64,000 nt of DNA, taken from a virus. The first letter of the stretch is position 1, and each line of letters begins with the position of its first letter. Positions 8,941 to 17,472 of the stretch are shown here, piece after piece. A program made the position numbers and the translations under genes. The notes beneath the pieces were generated by a model. It was given only the letters and a program-made list of their open reading frames with translations. It had not been told where the DNA came from and did no database searches. Where the stretch lies: the IMG/VR virus record IMGVR_UViG_3300005329_000012, positions 1-64,000 of that record. One strand, given 5' to 3'.

Positions 8941-9113
8941 CGCCAGCACCTTCCGATGTGGGAGTTGCGCGAGCGCGACGACTCGCACGTGACGATCTTG
9001 TAGCAGTTGGGGCAGCGCCCCGTGGTCCGCTCGACGCCGTCCCGCTTCATCGTGGCGGCGCGTTCACGGTCCCTCTGCGCGCGGCGCTTCGCAGCGCCCT
9101 GCTCGCTGGACAT
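8937..9113 (-). CDS. 58-aa Zn-finger protein (not in ORF track)
   Basis: Manual translation MSSEQGAAKRRAQRDRERAATMKRDGVERTTGRCPNCYKIVTCESSRSRNSHIGRCWR; SD aaaggag. Confidence 0.7.
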   Translation of the reverse strand: MSSEQGAAKRRAQRDRERAATMKRDGVERTTGRCPNCYKIVTCESSRSRNSHIGRCWR

Positions 9114-9225
9114 GCATGGCTCCTTTCCAGGCTAGGGTATCTAGCCTATCTGGTAGTCACGCATGTCACCTCCCTCGGGTCGCATCGCACCCATTATCGG
9201 GACCGAAGCGGGGATGTAAAGAGCG

Positions 9226-12200
9226 ATGGAACTCTGGTGGGGACGGGTGGCGGCGGGCGACATGCCCCAGTTCCGCGACCCCGGCGGCGAGGTCTGGACG
9301 TGGGACCCGACCACGCATACGTACGTCAAGCGGCCCGAGAAGGCCATCCCCGACCGCTCGCACGCCTCGGGCGGCGACAACGAGCTGTTTGACCCGGCGA
9401 CGCAGACCGAGCTGCCGAAGAACCCCCTCATGGAGGGTTACATGGCGCGCACGGCCGACTTCGACTTCGGCGGTGAGGCTCCCGAGCCCGACGTCGTGTA
9501 CATGCTCCCGCCCGGCACCGACTGGGTCGTGTGGGAGGACGTGAACGGCGCGCTCAGGACCATGACCGACGAGGAGGTCGTGGAGATGGCCCGGGAGAAC
9601 CTGCGCCAGTTCGGCGGCTCCGACGTCGACCTGCTGCGCCACGACCCCCAGACGCCCGAGCAGGCGTGGGAGGTCATCAACGAGATCTGGGAGGGCGACC
9701 CGGGCGGCCGGGGCTGGCAGCTCCGCGTGCCGCAGGGCGCCCAGTGGGTCCAGATCGAGTTCCCTGGCGAGGACGACCCGCGCTGGGGCGGCGCCGACCC
9801 CCGCGTCGCGCACTTCGGCTCCGGGCAGCCGCCCGCGGGCCTGGAGGTCCGCCAGCCGGACACGGCCGTCTTCGGCGACGAGCAGATGACGGACGCCCTC
9901 AAGGAGATCGACCGCCACCTGAACCCGGACGACAGGCCCGGCGACACGACGTTCCCCGAGCACTGGGGAGCGGCCTTCGCCGAGCCCGGCCAGGTCCTCT
10001 GCCCGAACTGCCAGACGTCGACCGAGTTGCCCCAGTGCCCCCAGTGCGGCAAGGGGCTCAAGCCCGAGTGGGACAAGCGCGGGGAGACCGACCCGAACGA
10101 GACCGACTTCGCGGGCCAGGTCGTGAGGCACCCAGACGGCATGCCCGACCGCGCGCCCAAGCGCAACCGCATGAAGACGGACGACACGTACCCGAGCATG
10201 CTGTCGTCCTGGAGGCCGCGCCCCGGCGAGAAGGTGCACCTGCTCGGCCAGGAGACCGTGACCGGGACGTACATGGGTCCTGCGAACCTCGGCGGCGGCA
10301 CGATGGCGTCCGTCCTCTGGGACTCGGGCGACCGGAGCCCGGTGGCGTACGCCCAGCTGACGTCCGGCCCCGCCGCGCCGGACAGCATGGGCGTATACCC
10401 GGTCGCCAAGCAGGCGGCCGACGACTGGGGCCTCGACGCCTTCAGCGACCGGACCGAGGTCGGCAAGTGGATCCAGGACGTCACCGGCCAGCTCCACGCG
10501 ACCGCGGACTACGGCGGCGAGAACCACGAGCAGCTCGCGCAGGAGTGGGGCCTGGACTGGAACAGCGACATCGGCGCGCTCGGCTCGGTCTTCGACGACG
10601 GCTCGGCCGACACGCAGTGGGTCAAGCAGGGCTTCCAGTTCGACCCGAAGGCGGTCGAGCCCAACCTCCAGTCGATCTTCCAGCAGCCGCTCGGAGGCAA
10701 GCTCGTGCACCTGAACCCGCCCGCGGGCGAGGCGCAGCAGAAGGAGGACGCCTTCCAGCCGTTCGAGATCAGGGCGGGCCAGTGGATCTTCCCGCCCGGC
10801 GTCCCCGCGGCGACCGGCGTCGCGTGGGTCAAGGAGCGCAGCGACGGCGTCCAGTTCCGGCCCGGCATGGTCCTGGTCGCGGAGCACCTTCAGCCCGACG
10901 ACTTCCACCTGTACTCGCAGCGCCCGGCCGCGATCATCACCGCCACGGGCGGCTCGACCTCGCACGCCGCGCTCATCGCGCGCGAGCAGGGGTGGCCGGT
11001 CGTGATCGGCATCGGCGGCGACGCCTACAGCAAAATCGAGACCGGCAACTACGTAAAGGTTGACAACGCGGGGCAGACGACGAACCCGCGAACAATCACA
11101 GTGATGCCCACGCCAAACCAGCAGAACTCACAGTCGGTCTGGGACTCCATCCTGAGGTACCGCCAGGACCAGGAGCGAAACCAGCCCTCCCTCAGGCCGT
11201 CCCTCCCGGGCGCCTTCGGGGGCCTCGTCCAGGCCGTCGCGGCCCGGGTGGCCGCCGCCCCCTCCCTCGACTCGTGCCCCGACTGCGGCGGCCCGCTGAC
11301 GGAGCGCGGCGACGAGAAGATCTGCCACGACTGCGGCACCAGGCAGCCGATCATCGCGCTCAGGGCGGCCACGGCCGCCGTCAAGGCGCCGATGGTCAAC
11401 AGCGCGACCGGCGAGCCCTTCGAGGGTCTCCTGGTCGTCGCGTCCGTGCACGGCCAGGGCGTCGGCTACCTCGTGGGCGAGCCGTACGGCGAGGGCTACC
11501 GCACCGACTACATCTACGTCGACCCGTCCTTCCGGCGCGGCGGCATCGGCAAGCAGCTCGCCGCCACCGCGCGCGAGAACGGCCTCATCCCCTACGTCAC
11601 CCAGCCCGACCAGGTCTACAGCGACTCCGGCGCGGCCCTCGCGGGCGCGCTCTACGGCCACCACTCGCTCTCGCGCACCGCGCGCAGGGCGGTCGGCGGA
11701 CCGGCGCTCGCCGTACCGGCCGAGGCGCTCCTCGGCGGCGGTGCCGCCGCTGGCGGCGCTGCGGGCGGCGGCGGCCTCATGGCCGGTCTCATGGGCGGCG
11801 GCGAGGGCGTCAGTGGCATCGGCGGCCTGATGCGCGGCGCGATGAACCCCGGCAGCTTCCTCCAGGGCCAGGGCCTCAGGAGCCTCATCCCGGGCCAGGG
11901 AGGCCCGGCAGGCCCGAGCCCGAACGCGAGCGTCCCGCCGGAGGGTCCGACGGGCGCGGGCACGTTCGCGCACTTCCTCTACGCCGACACGTTCGGCGAG
12001 GAGGAGACCGGCAGGGCCACCAAGAACCGCGGGGAGAACAGCGACCCCGACACCGCTTCGAGCACCGGCATCGAGGGCGAGAAGGAGCACGGCGACTCGC
12101 CCGAGCAGCTCAAGGACGTGGACGGCGGCCCCGCGAAGGGCATGTCCGACGCCACGGACCCGTACGGCGACCCCGACCACTGGAGCGACGAGCAGAAGGA

Positions 12201-14052
12201 CGCCGTCCGCGCCTTCGAGGTCAACCTCCCGCTCATCCAGGACTTCGCGGAGAGCGAGGACTCGGGCGCCGACCACCCGATCATCCAGGCGATCGACGCG
12301 ATGCTGGAGGACGCTTTCCCCGGCTACAAGGAGCTGGGAGACGGAGGAGAGGAGCCGGATGGTGAACAGGTGGAGTCGCTTGAGGAGCTTTCAGGAAAGG
12401 ATCTCGACGGCGACGACGAGGCTGGAGAGGGCGAGGAGCACAAGGACGCCGTACAGGAAGGTCCCGATGAGGATGAGGACGAGGAAGACGAGCTGAGCAA
12501 GCTCGGCGGCGCCCCGGTCGTGGACATGGGCGGCTACGGGATCATCGACCCGTACTCGCGCCCCGGCCAGGGCGGCGGGCAGCTCGGCGAGATGGGCCTG
12601 GTGACGGACGCCCAGGGCAACGTCGTCGGGCAGTTCATCCGCCACAACGACAACGGCACGATCAAGATCCTGACCGGCGAGGGCTACAAGGACGTGGACC
12701 CGCGCTCGGTCACGGTCCAGAAGGCCGCGAGCGAGCTGTTCCGGCACGCCGACTTCGCCCCGCCGTTCGGCAACGACGCGCAGCAGACGCCTCCCGTCAC
12801 GGGAGTGCCGACCTGCCCGACGTGCGGCCAGAACCACATGCCGGGCACGCCGTGCCCGACGGGCGGCGTCCAGCAGCCCCAGGCGCAGCCGATGGTCGGC
12901 ATGCAGCCGATGGTGCAGCCGGGCGTCCAGCCCAAGGTCGTGACGCACGCGACCGAGTCGCACATCGCCAAGTGGGCCGACACGGAGGGCAACCCCCTCA
13001 AGGTCGGCGCCGACTACGAGCTTCGCTCCCCCGGCTACGCTGTCCCCGACTACGTCGTCGTGGACCACGTCCTGCCGGACAAGCTGGTCTACACGATCAC
13101 GTCCGGCGACATGAAGTACCGGGACAGCCTCACGGCGAAGGAGGTCCGCACCCAGGGCCTTGAGTTCGCCCCGAAGGTCGAGGGGCCGACCTCGAAGGAC
13201 GGCTTCGAGGCAACCGCGGCGCACGGGGACTTCCCCGACGACGGCGGCTTCGCCCCGGGCCTCGGCCCCGACGCCGACCTGCCGATGGAGCTTCCCGAGG
13301 ACTTCCCGCTCGTCTGCCCGAACTGCGGCGGCGGCGCCAGGGCTGGCGCCACGGCCTGCCCGCACTGCGGCTCGCGCGACATCAAGCCCGGCATCGAGAG
13401 CCCGATCTACGACGAGGCCCCGGTCAGGCCCGGAGCCGACCCGATCCCCCAGGTGGACGACCTGACCGAGCCCCCGACCAGGGTGAGCACGGCGATCATC
13501 CCGGGCCAGGGGCAGGGCGGCGCCTACCCCGACGCGGGCCATCTCGCGGAGTGGGAGGCGGCGACCCGCAACCAGAGCGACGCCGAGCTGAGGCAGATGA
13601 TCTCCTCGGGCAAGCTCAGTCCCGAGGCCGTGGCCTTCGTGCAGCAGAAGCTCCAGGAGCGCGCGCGCATGCAGCCGCAGCGCCCGAGCTACCGCGAGAC
13701 GCTCCAGGACCAGGCGGGCCGCGGCCTGCCGATGGGCCAGTACTACCCGCCCGGCGACCCGCGCAGGACGCAGGGCTCCGCCGAGCCCGAGGCGTTCGAG
13801 GGCCTGGAGGACTACACCGGCTCGTTCAAGGGCGACAGCCCGGACGACCGCTCGTGGCTCATGGAGGGCTCGCCCGGGCAGGGCGTGGACGTGGACCCGG
13901 CCCTGATGGCGAAGCTGGCGGGCAAGGACTTCTCGCCGCGCGAGCAGCGCGAGTTCATCGACGAGAGCGGCGAAGCCCGCAACCTGGGCAAGCTCGACCT
14001 CGACGGCACGCACTACATCGCTGACGAGACCGACAGCGCCTTCAACTGGTAG
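9226..14052 (+). CDS. 1608-aa multidomain polyprotein (Zn ribbons, PEP-utiliser phosphohistidine domain, GNAT)
   Basis: GGSTSHAALIARE.G.PVVIG; YVDPSFRRGGIGKQL; several CxxC pairs; C-terminal FSPREQREFIDE...ARNL..LDL.GTHY. Confidence 0.85.
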   Translation: MELWWGRVAAGDMPQFRDPGGEVWTWDPTTHTYVKRPEKAIPDRSHASGGDNELFDPATQTELPKNPLMEGYMARTADFDFGGEAPEPDVVYMLPPGTDWVVWEDVNGALRTMTDEEVVEMARENLRQFGGSDVDLLRHDPQTPEQAWEVINEIWEGDPGGRGWQLRVPQGAQWVQIEFPGEDDPRWGGADPRVAHFGSGQPPAGLEVRQPDTAVFGDEQMTDALKEIDRHLNPDDRPGDTTFPEHWGAAFAEPGQVLCPNCQTSTELPQCPQCGKGLKPEWDKRGETDPNETDFAGQVVRHPDGMPDRAPKRNRMKTDDTYPSMLSSWRPRPGEKVHLLGQETVTGTYMGPANLGGGTMASVLWDSGDRSPVAYAQLTSGPAAPDSMGVYPVAKQAADDWGLDAFSDRTEVGKWIQDVTGQLHATADYGGENHEQLAQEWGLDWNSDIGALGSVFDDGSADTQWVKQGFQFDPKAVEPNLQSIFQQPLGGKLVHLNPPAGEAQQKEDAFQPFEIRAGQWIFPPGVPAATGVAWVKERSDGVQFRPGMVLVAEHLQPDDFHLYSQRPAAIITATGGSTSHAALIAREQGWPVVIGIGGDAYSKIETGNYVKVDNAGQTTNPRTITVMPTPNQQNSQSVWDSILRYRQDQERNQPSLRPSLPGAFGGLVQAVAARVAAAPSLDSCPDCGGPLTERGDEKICHDCGTRQPIIALRAATAAVKAPMVNSATGEPFEGLLVVASVHGQGVGYLVGEPYGEGYRTDYIYVDPSFRRGGIGKQLAATARENGLIPYVTQPDQVYSDSGAALAGALYGHHSLSRTARRAVGGPALAVPAEALLGGGAAAGGAAGGGGLMAGLMGGGEGVSGIGGLMRGAMNPGSFLQGQGLRSLIPGQGGPAGPSPNASVPPEGPTGAGTFAHFLYADTFGEEETGRATKNRGENSDPDTASSTGIEGEKEHGDSPEQLKDVDGGPAKGMSDATDPYGDPDHWSDEQKDAVRAFEVNLPLIQDFAESEDSGADHPIIQAIDAMLEDAFPGYKELGDGGEEPDGEQVESLEELSGKDLDGDDEAGEGEEHKDAVQEGPDEDEDEEDELSKLGGAPVVDMGGYGIIDPYSRPGQGGGQLGEMGLVTDAQGNVVGQFIRHNDNGTIKILTGEGYKDVDPRSVTVQKAASELFRHADFAPPFGNDAQQTPPVTGVPTCPTCGQNHMPGTPCPTGGVQQPQAQPMVGMQPMVQPGVQPKVVTHATESHIAKWADTEGNPLKVGADYELRSPGYAVPDYVVVDHVLPDKLVYTITSGDMKYRDSLTAKEVRTQGLEFAPKVEGPTSKDGFEATAAHGDFPDDGGFAPGLGPDADLPMELPEDFPLVCPNCGGGARAGATACPHCGSRDIKPGIESPIYDEAPVRPGADPIPQVDDLTEPPTRVSTAIIPGQGQGGAYPDAGHLAEWEAATRNQSDAELRQMISSGKLSPEAVAFVQQKLQERARMQPQRPSYRETLQDQAGRGLPMGQYYPPGDPRRTQGSAEPEAFEGLEDYTGSFKGDSPDDRSWLMEGSPGQGVDVDPALMAKLAGKDFSPREQREFIDESGEARNLGKLDLDGTHYIADETDSAFNW

Positions 14053-14075
14053 CGTCCTAGCCCCTAAGGGGTGAC

Positions 14076-14861
14076 ATGGCGCCCCGTTGGAGCAACCCGT
14101 CCGGAGAGCGAGGCGGCCGGAGGTTCAGGGTCTGGCCCGACGGGGCGGACCACTACAACCACTCCGAGCACACCGCGAACTGGGACATGATCGACGCCAT
14201 CATCGGCGTCCCCGAGGACGGCTCCGAGTGGCCGACGACGACAGGCGTCGACGGCGGCATCTACCAGGAGGTCCAGGCGCTCCAGCTCACGACCCTGCCG
14301 CTCGGCATGGTCATCCCGTGGTTCAGGGTCTCCGCAGGCGTGCCGGTCCCCGGCGCGTTCGAGGTATGCGACGGCCGGACCATCACCCAGGCCAGCCACG
14401 ACTTCGGCGCCATCGGCTCCATCACCCTCCCCGACATGAGGAACCGCTTCGCGCTCGGGGCCTCGGCGGCCAAGTCGATCGGCGACCCCGCCGTCGCGTA
14501 CGACCACGCCGACGTCAACACCGCGGCGGGCGCGCCCGGCCCGCAGGGGCTCGGCGGCTCGAACACGCAGACCCTCACGGTGGCCCAGATGGCCGCCCAC
14601 ACCCACTCGGGCAGCAAGACCGGCTGGGGGCCGCACGGGCTGTACTACGGGTACCAGACGCCGCTCAACACGGCCGACTACGACATCGTGCGGGGACCCG
14701 GCGGCGGCATGCAGCCCGACTCGGGCGACGGCGGCTGGGAGGTCGGGCGGCACCGGCACATCATCAACAGCCTCACGCCGGTCGGCGCGGGGACCGCGCA
14801 CGAGAACCGGCCGAGGCACTACGGCCTGATCTTCCTGGCGAAGGTGAGGCACGGTGGCTGA
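14076..14861 (+). CDS. Tail-collar domain fibre protein, paralogue 1
   Basis: PLGMVIPW...CDG...LPDMRNRF..GA; HxH motifs; HENRP. Confidence 0.85.
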   Translation: MAPRWSNPSGERGGRRFRVWPDGADHYNHSEHTANWDMIDAIIGVPEDGSEWPTTTGVDGGIYQEVQALQLTTLPLGMVIPWFRVSAGVPVPGAFEVCDGRTITQASHDFGAIGSITLPDMRNRFALGASAAKSIGDPAVAYDHADVNTAAGAPGPQGLGGSNTQTLTVAQMAAHTHSGSKTGWGPHGLYYGYQTPLNTADYDIVRGPGGGMQPDSGDGGWEVGRHRHIINSLTPVGAGTAHENRPRHYGLIFLAKVRHGG

Positions 14862-15759
14862 CCGCTGGAGCAACCCGTCCGCGGGCGAGGGCGTCAACAG
14901 GTTCCGCGTCTGGCCGCTGGCGACCGACAGCTACGACAGCGACGAGTTCGCGGCCAACTGGGACAAGCTGGACGCGATCCTCGGCTACCCGCTGGAGGGC
15001 ACCTGGCCGCCCACGCTCGGCGTCGGCGGCGGCATCTACCGCGAGATCGAGATCGCCAAGGACGCGGCGGTCCCGCTCGGCGTCGTCTTCCCGTGGTACC
15101 GCCCGCACTCGTCCATCGCCCTGCCCTCGGGCGCGGTCCCGTGCGACGGCTCGGCCATCACGGCCGCGAACCACAGCTTCCCCGGCGGCGGCACCATCAC
15201 CGTCCCGGACCTCCGCAACGCCTTCGTGCTCGGCGCCGACGCCAGCAAGGCCGCCGGGGCCGCGGCGGCCGCGGCGGGCACCCCGGCCGCGGACACGGCC
15301 GCTGGCGCCCCCGGCCCGCAGGCGACGGGCGGCTCCAACGCGGTCGCCATGACCAAGGACTCGCTCCCGCTGCACAAGCACACGGGGAGCCTCACCGGCT
15401 GGTCGCCGAGGCTCCTGGACTACTTCAACCAGGGCGGCTGGAACGGCGCGACCTACGCGGAGCAGACCGCCAACAACTACCAGGTGCTCGACAACCGCGA
15501 CGAGGCCATCGCGCAGTGCGGCCCGCCGGGCTGCTACTGGTCCCCCGACAACTTCGGCCCGGTGATCACCGCGGTCGGCAACTTCGAGTACCAGGGCGCG
15601 GGCGGCTCCAACGCCTCCGCGGGCGCGGGCGGCTGGGACGACGGCCAGGACCGCCACTCCCTCGGCGCGCTGTCGAGCGAGGGGTCGGGCGCCGCGCACG
15701 AGAACCGGCCGCAGTACGTCGGCCTGATCTGGCTCGTGAAGGTGAAGGTGAGCGACTGA
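14854..15759 (+). CDS. Tail-collar domain fibre protein, paralogue 2
   Basis: Same motifs as paralogue 1, longer tip segment. Confidence 0.85.
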   Translation: MADRWSNPSAGEGVNRFRVWPLATDSYDSDEFAANWDKLDAILGYPLEGTWPPTLGVGGGIYREIEIAKDAAVPLGVVFPWYRPHSSIALPSGAVPCDGSAITAANHSFPGGGTITVPDLRNAFVLGADASKAAGAAAAAAGTPAADTAAGAPGPQATGGSNAVAMTKDSLPLHKHTGSLTGWSPRLLDYFNQGGWNGATYAEQTANNYQVLDNRDEAIAQCGPPGCYWSPDNFGPVITAVGNFEYQGAGGSNASAGAGGWDDGQDRHSLGALSSEGSGAAHENRPQYVGLIWLVKVKVSD

Positions 15760-16532
15760 TGGCCGACCGCTGGAGCAACCCCTCCGGGGCGCACGACATC
15801 GAGCGGTTCCGCGTCTGGCCCGCCGGGACGGACTCGTACGACCACGCCGAGCTGGCCGACAACTGGGACAAGCTCGACGCCATCATCGGCATCCCGTCCA
15901 CGGGCATCTGGCCCTCGTCCGAGGGCCTGGGCGGCGGCATCTACGGCGAGATCACCAGCGCCAAGGCGGCGGCCATCCCCGTCGGCGCCTGCTTCCCCTG
16001 GTTCCGCCCGAGCACGAGCATGGCGGTCCCCGAGGGCTACGTCATCTGCGACGGCCAGACCGTCAGCGACCACGAGGTACTGAACGTGACCGGCTCGTTC
16101 AGCGCGCCGGACCTGCGCAACCGCTTCATCATCGGCGCGTCGGCGACCACGCCGGTCGGCACCGCGAGCGCGGACGCCGCGTCGGCCAACGTCAACATCA
16201 CCCTCGGCGCCCCCGGCCCGGGCGGCGTCGGCGGCCTCAACTCCGTCGTCCTGACGGCGGACAACCTGGCCCCGCACCAGCACGCGGGCAGCGTCACCGG
16301 CTGGTCCCCGCCCAAGAAGACCTGGTACCAGGACGTCGGCGAGGCGGGCCAGTACGAGGTCCAGAAGGCCGGGCCGGGCAAGACCGTCGGCCAGGGCGGC
16401 GGCGGCTACGGCGCCGGGCGGCACCGCCACTACCTGAACGACCTGGCGGCCGACGGCGGCGGCAAGCCGCACGAGAACCGGCCCCGCTGGGTCGGCCTGA
16501 TCTGGATCATGAAGGTCCGGAACGCCAGGTAG
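15759..16532 (+). CDS. Tail-collar domain fibre protein, paralogue 3
   Basis: MADRWSNPS...; 3' part of ORF 15093..16532; TGATG overlap. Confidence 0.85.
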   Translation: MADRWSNPSGAHDIERFRVWPAGTDSYDHAELADNWDKLDAIIGIPSTGIWPSSEGLGGGIYGEITSAKAAAIPVGACFPWFRPSTSMAVPEGYVICDGQTVSDHEVLNVTGSFSAPDLRNRFIIGASATTPVGTASADAASANVNITLGAPGPGGVGGLNSVVLTADNLAPHQHAGSVTGWSPPKKTWYQDVGEAGQYEVQKAGPGKTVGQGGGGYGAGRHRHYLNDLAADGGGKPHENRPRWVGLIWIMKVRNAR

Positions 16533-16563
16533 GCGAACACTAGTTTCGCGCGGCCCGCGAGCC

Positions 16564-16576
16564 GTAAGTAGCGACA
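16564..16576 (+). promoter_or_regulatory. Phage-specific promoter-like motif
   Basis: GTAAGTAGCGACA, identical at 52471-52483; member of the TAA-N3-GYGA family. Confidence 0.7.
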
Positions 16577-16601
16577 CTCCCTCCCACGAGACTGAGAGAC
16601 G

Positions 16602-17465
16602 ATGACAGAGAAGACGTTCTACCGAAGCGCGGACATCGACAAGGGCGAGGCCGTGAAGAGCCTGCTCGAAGCGAATCCGGGCGCCACGATCGTCCGGGTG
16701 GACACCAAGAGGGCCACGCCGAGCGAGGCCCGCTTCGCGAGCGTCCGAACCGGCACCGAGATCTACGCCGCGACCATCCGCGTCGCGGAGGACGACGACA
16801 GCTCCGACGACAAGCCGAGCGACGACTCGTCCGGCGACGGCGGGGAGAAGAAGAACCCGTTCGCCGACAAGGGCGACGGCGGCTCCGACGACGGCGGCAG
16901 CGACGACAAGGGCTCCGACGACAAGGGCGGCGACGCCCTCGACCTGACCGGAGACGGAGACGGCGACGGCGGCGACAAGCCCGAGAAGCTCACGGGCGAC
17001 GCCGGGATCATCGACCTGCTCCAGCAGCTCGTGGACGCCGTCAAGGGCGGCGCGAGCCTCGGAGCGCCGGACGACGGCGCGCTCCCCGGCGACGACCTCG
17101 GACCCGTCGGCGGCGACCTGCCGCCCGGCGGCGACGCATCGGTCCTCCCCGACGCCCCGACGGCGGACGTCGGCGCGCCGGTACCCGGCACCCCGCTCCC
17201 CCCGCCCGTCAAGCCGAAGCCCGGCCCCGGCGGCCCCGCCTTCGCGAGCGTGCAGTCGCGCGTCGCGTCGTCCGGGACGGCCGAGCTGGTGCTCCGCGAC
17301 GTGACGTCGGCGGTCAAGACGAAGGACATCCTGGACCAGGCGGCCCAGGACTTCCCGGACCACAAGGTCACGAAGGTCCGCCGCAACGGCACAGAGAAGA
17401 TCAAGGGCGTCGAGGTCAACCTCCCGGCGAACGAGATCGCCCTGGTCACGCTCGTCAGGAAGTAG
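16602..17465 (+). CDS. Head-associated protein with acidic low-complexity linker
   Basis: First gene of head operon; D/G-rich centre. Confidence 0.7.
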   Translation: MTEKTFYRSADIDKGEAVKSLLEANPGATIVRVDTKRATPSEARFASVRTGTEIYAATIRVAEDDDSSDDKPSDDSSGDGGEKKNPFADKGDGGSDDGGSDDKGSDDKGGDALDLTGDGDGDGGDKPEKLTGDAGIIDLLQQLVDAVKGGASLGAPDDGALPGDDLGPVGGDLPPGGDASVLPDAPTADVGAPVPGTPLPPPVKPKPGPGGPAFASVQSRVASSGTAELVLRDVTSAVKTKDILDQAAQDFPDHKVTKVRRNGTEKIKGVEVNLPANEIALVTLVRK

Positions 17466-17472
17466 GCGAGCG

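Noticed and set aside
14076-16532. Diversity-generating retroelement or invertible tail-fibre cassette
   Set aside because: No reverse transcriptase, template repeat with adenine-only differences, invertase or inverted copies in the window
16790-16990. GACGAC/GGC-rich repeats as a CRISPR or DNA repeat array
   Set aside because: Explained by a D/G/S low-complexity protein linker; no constant repeat-spacer period
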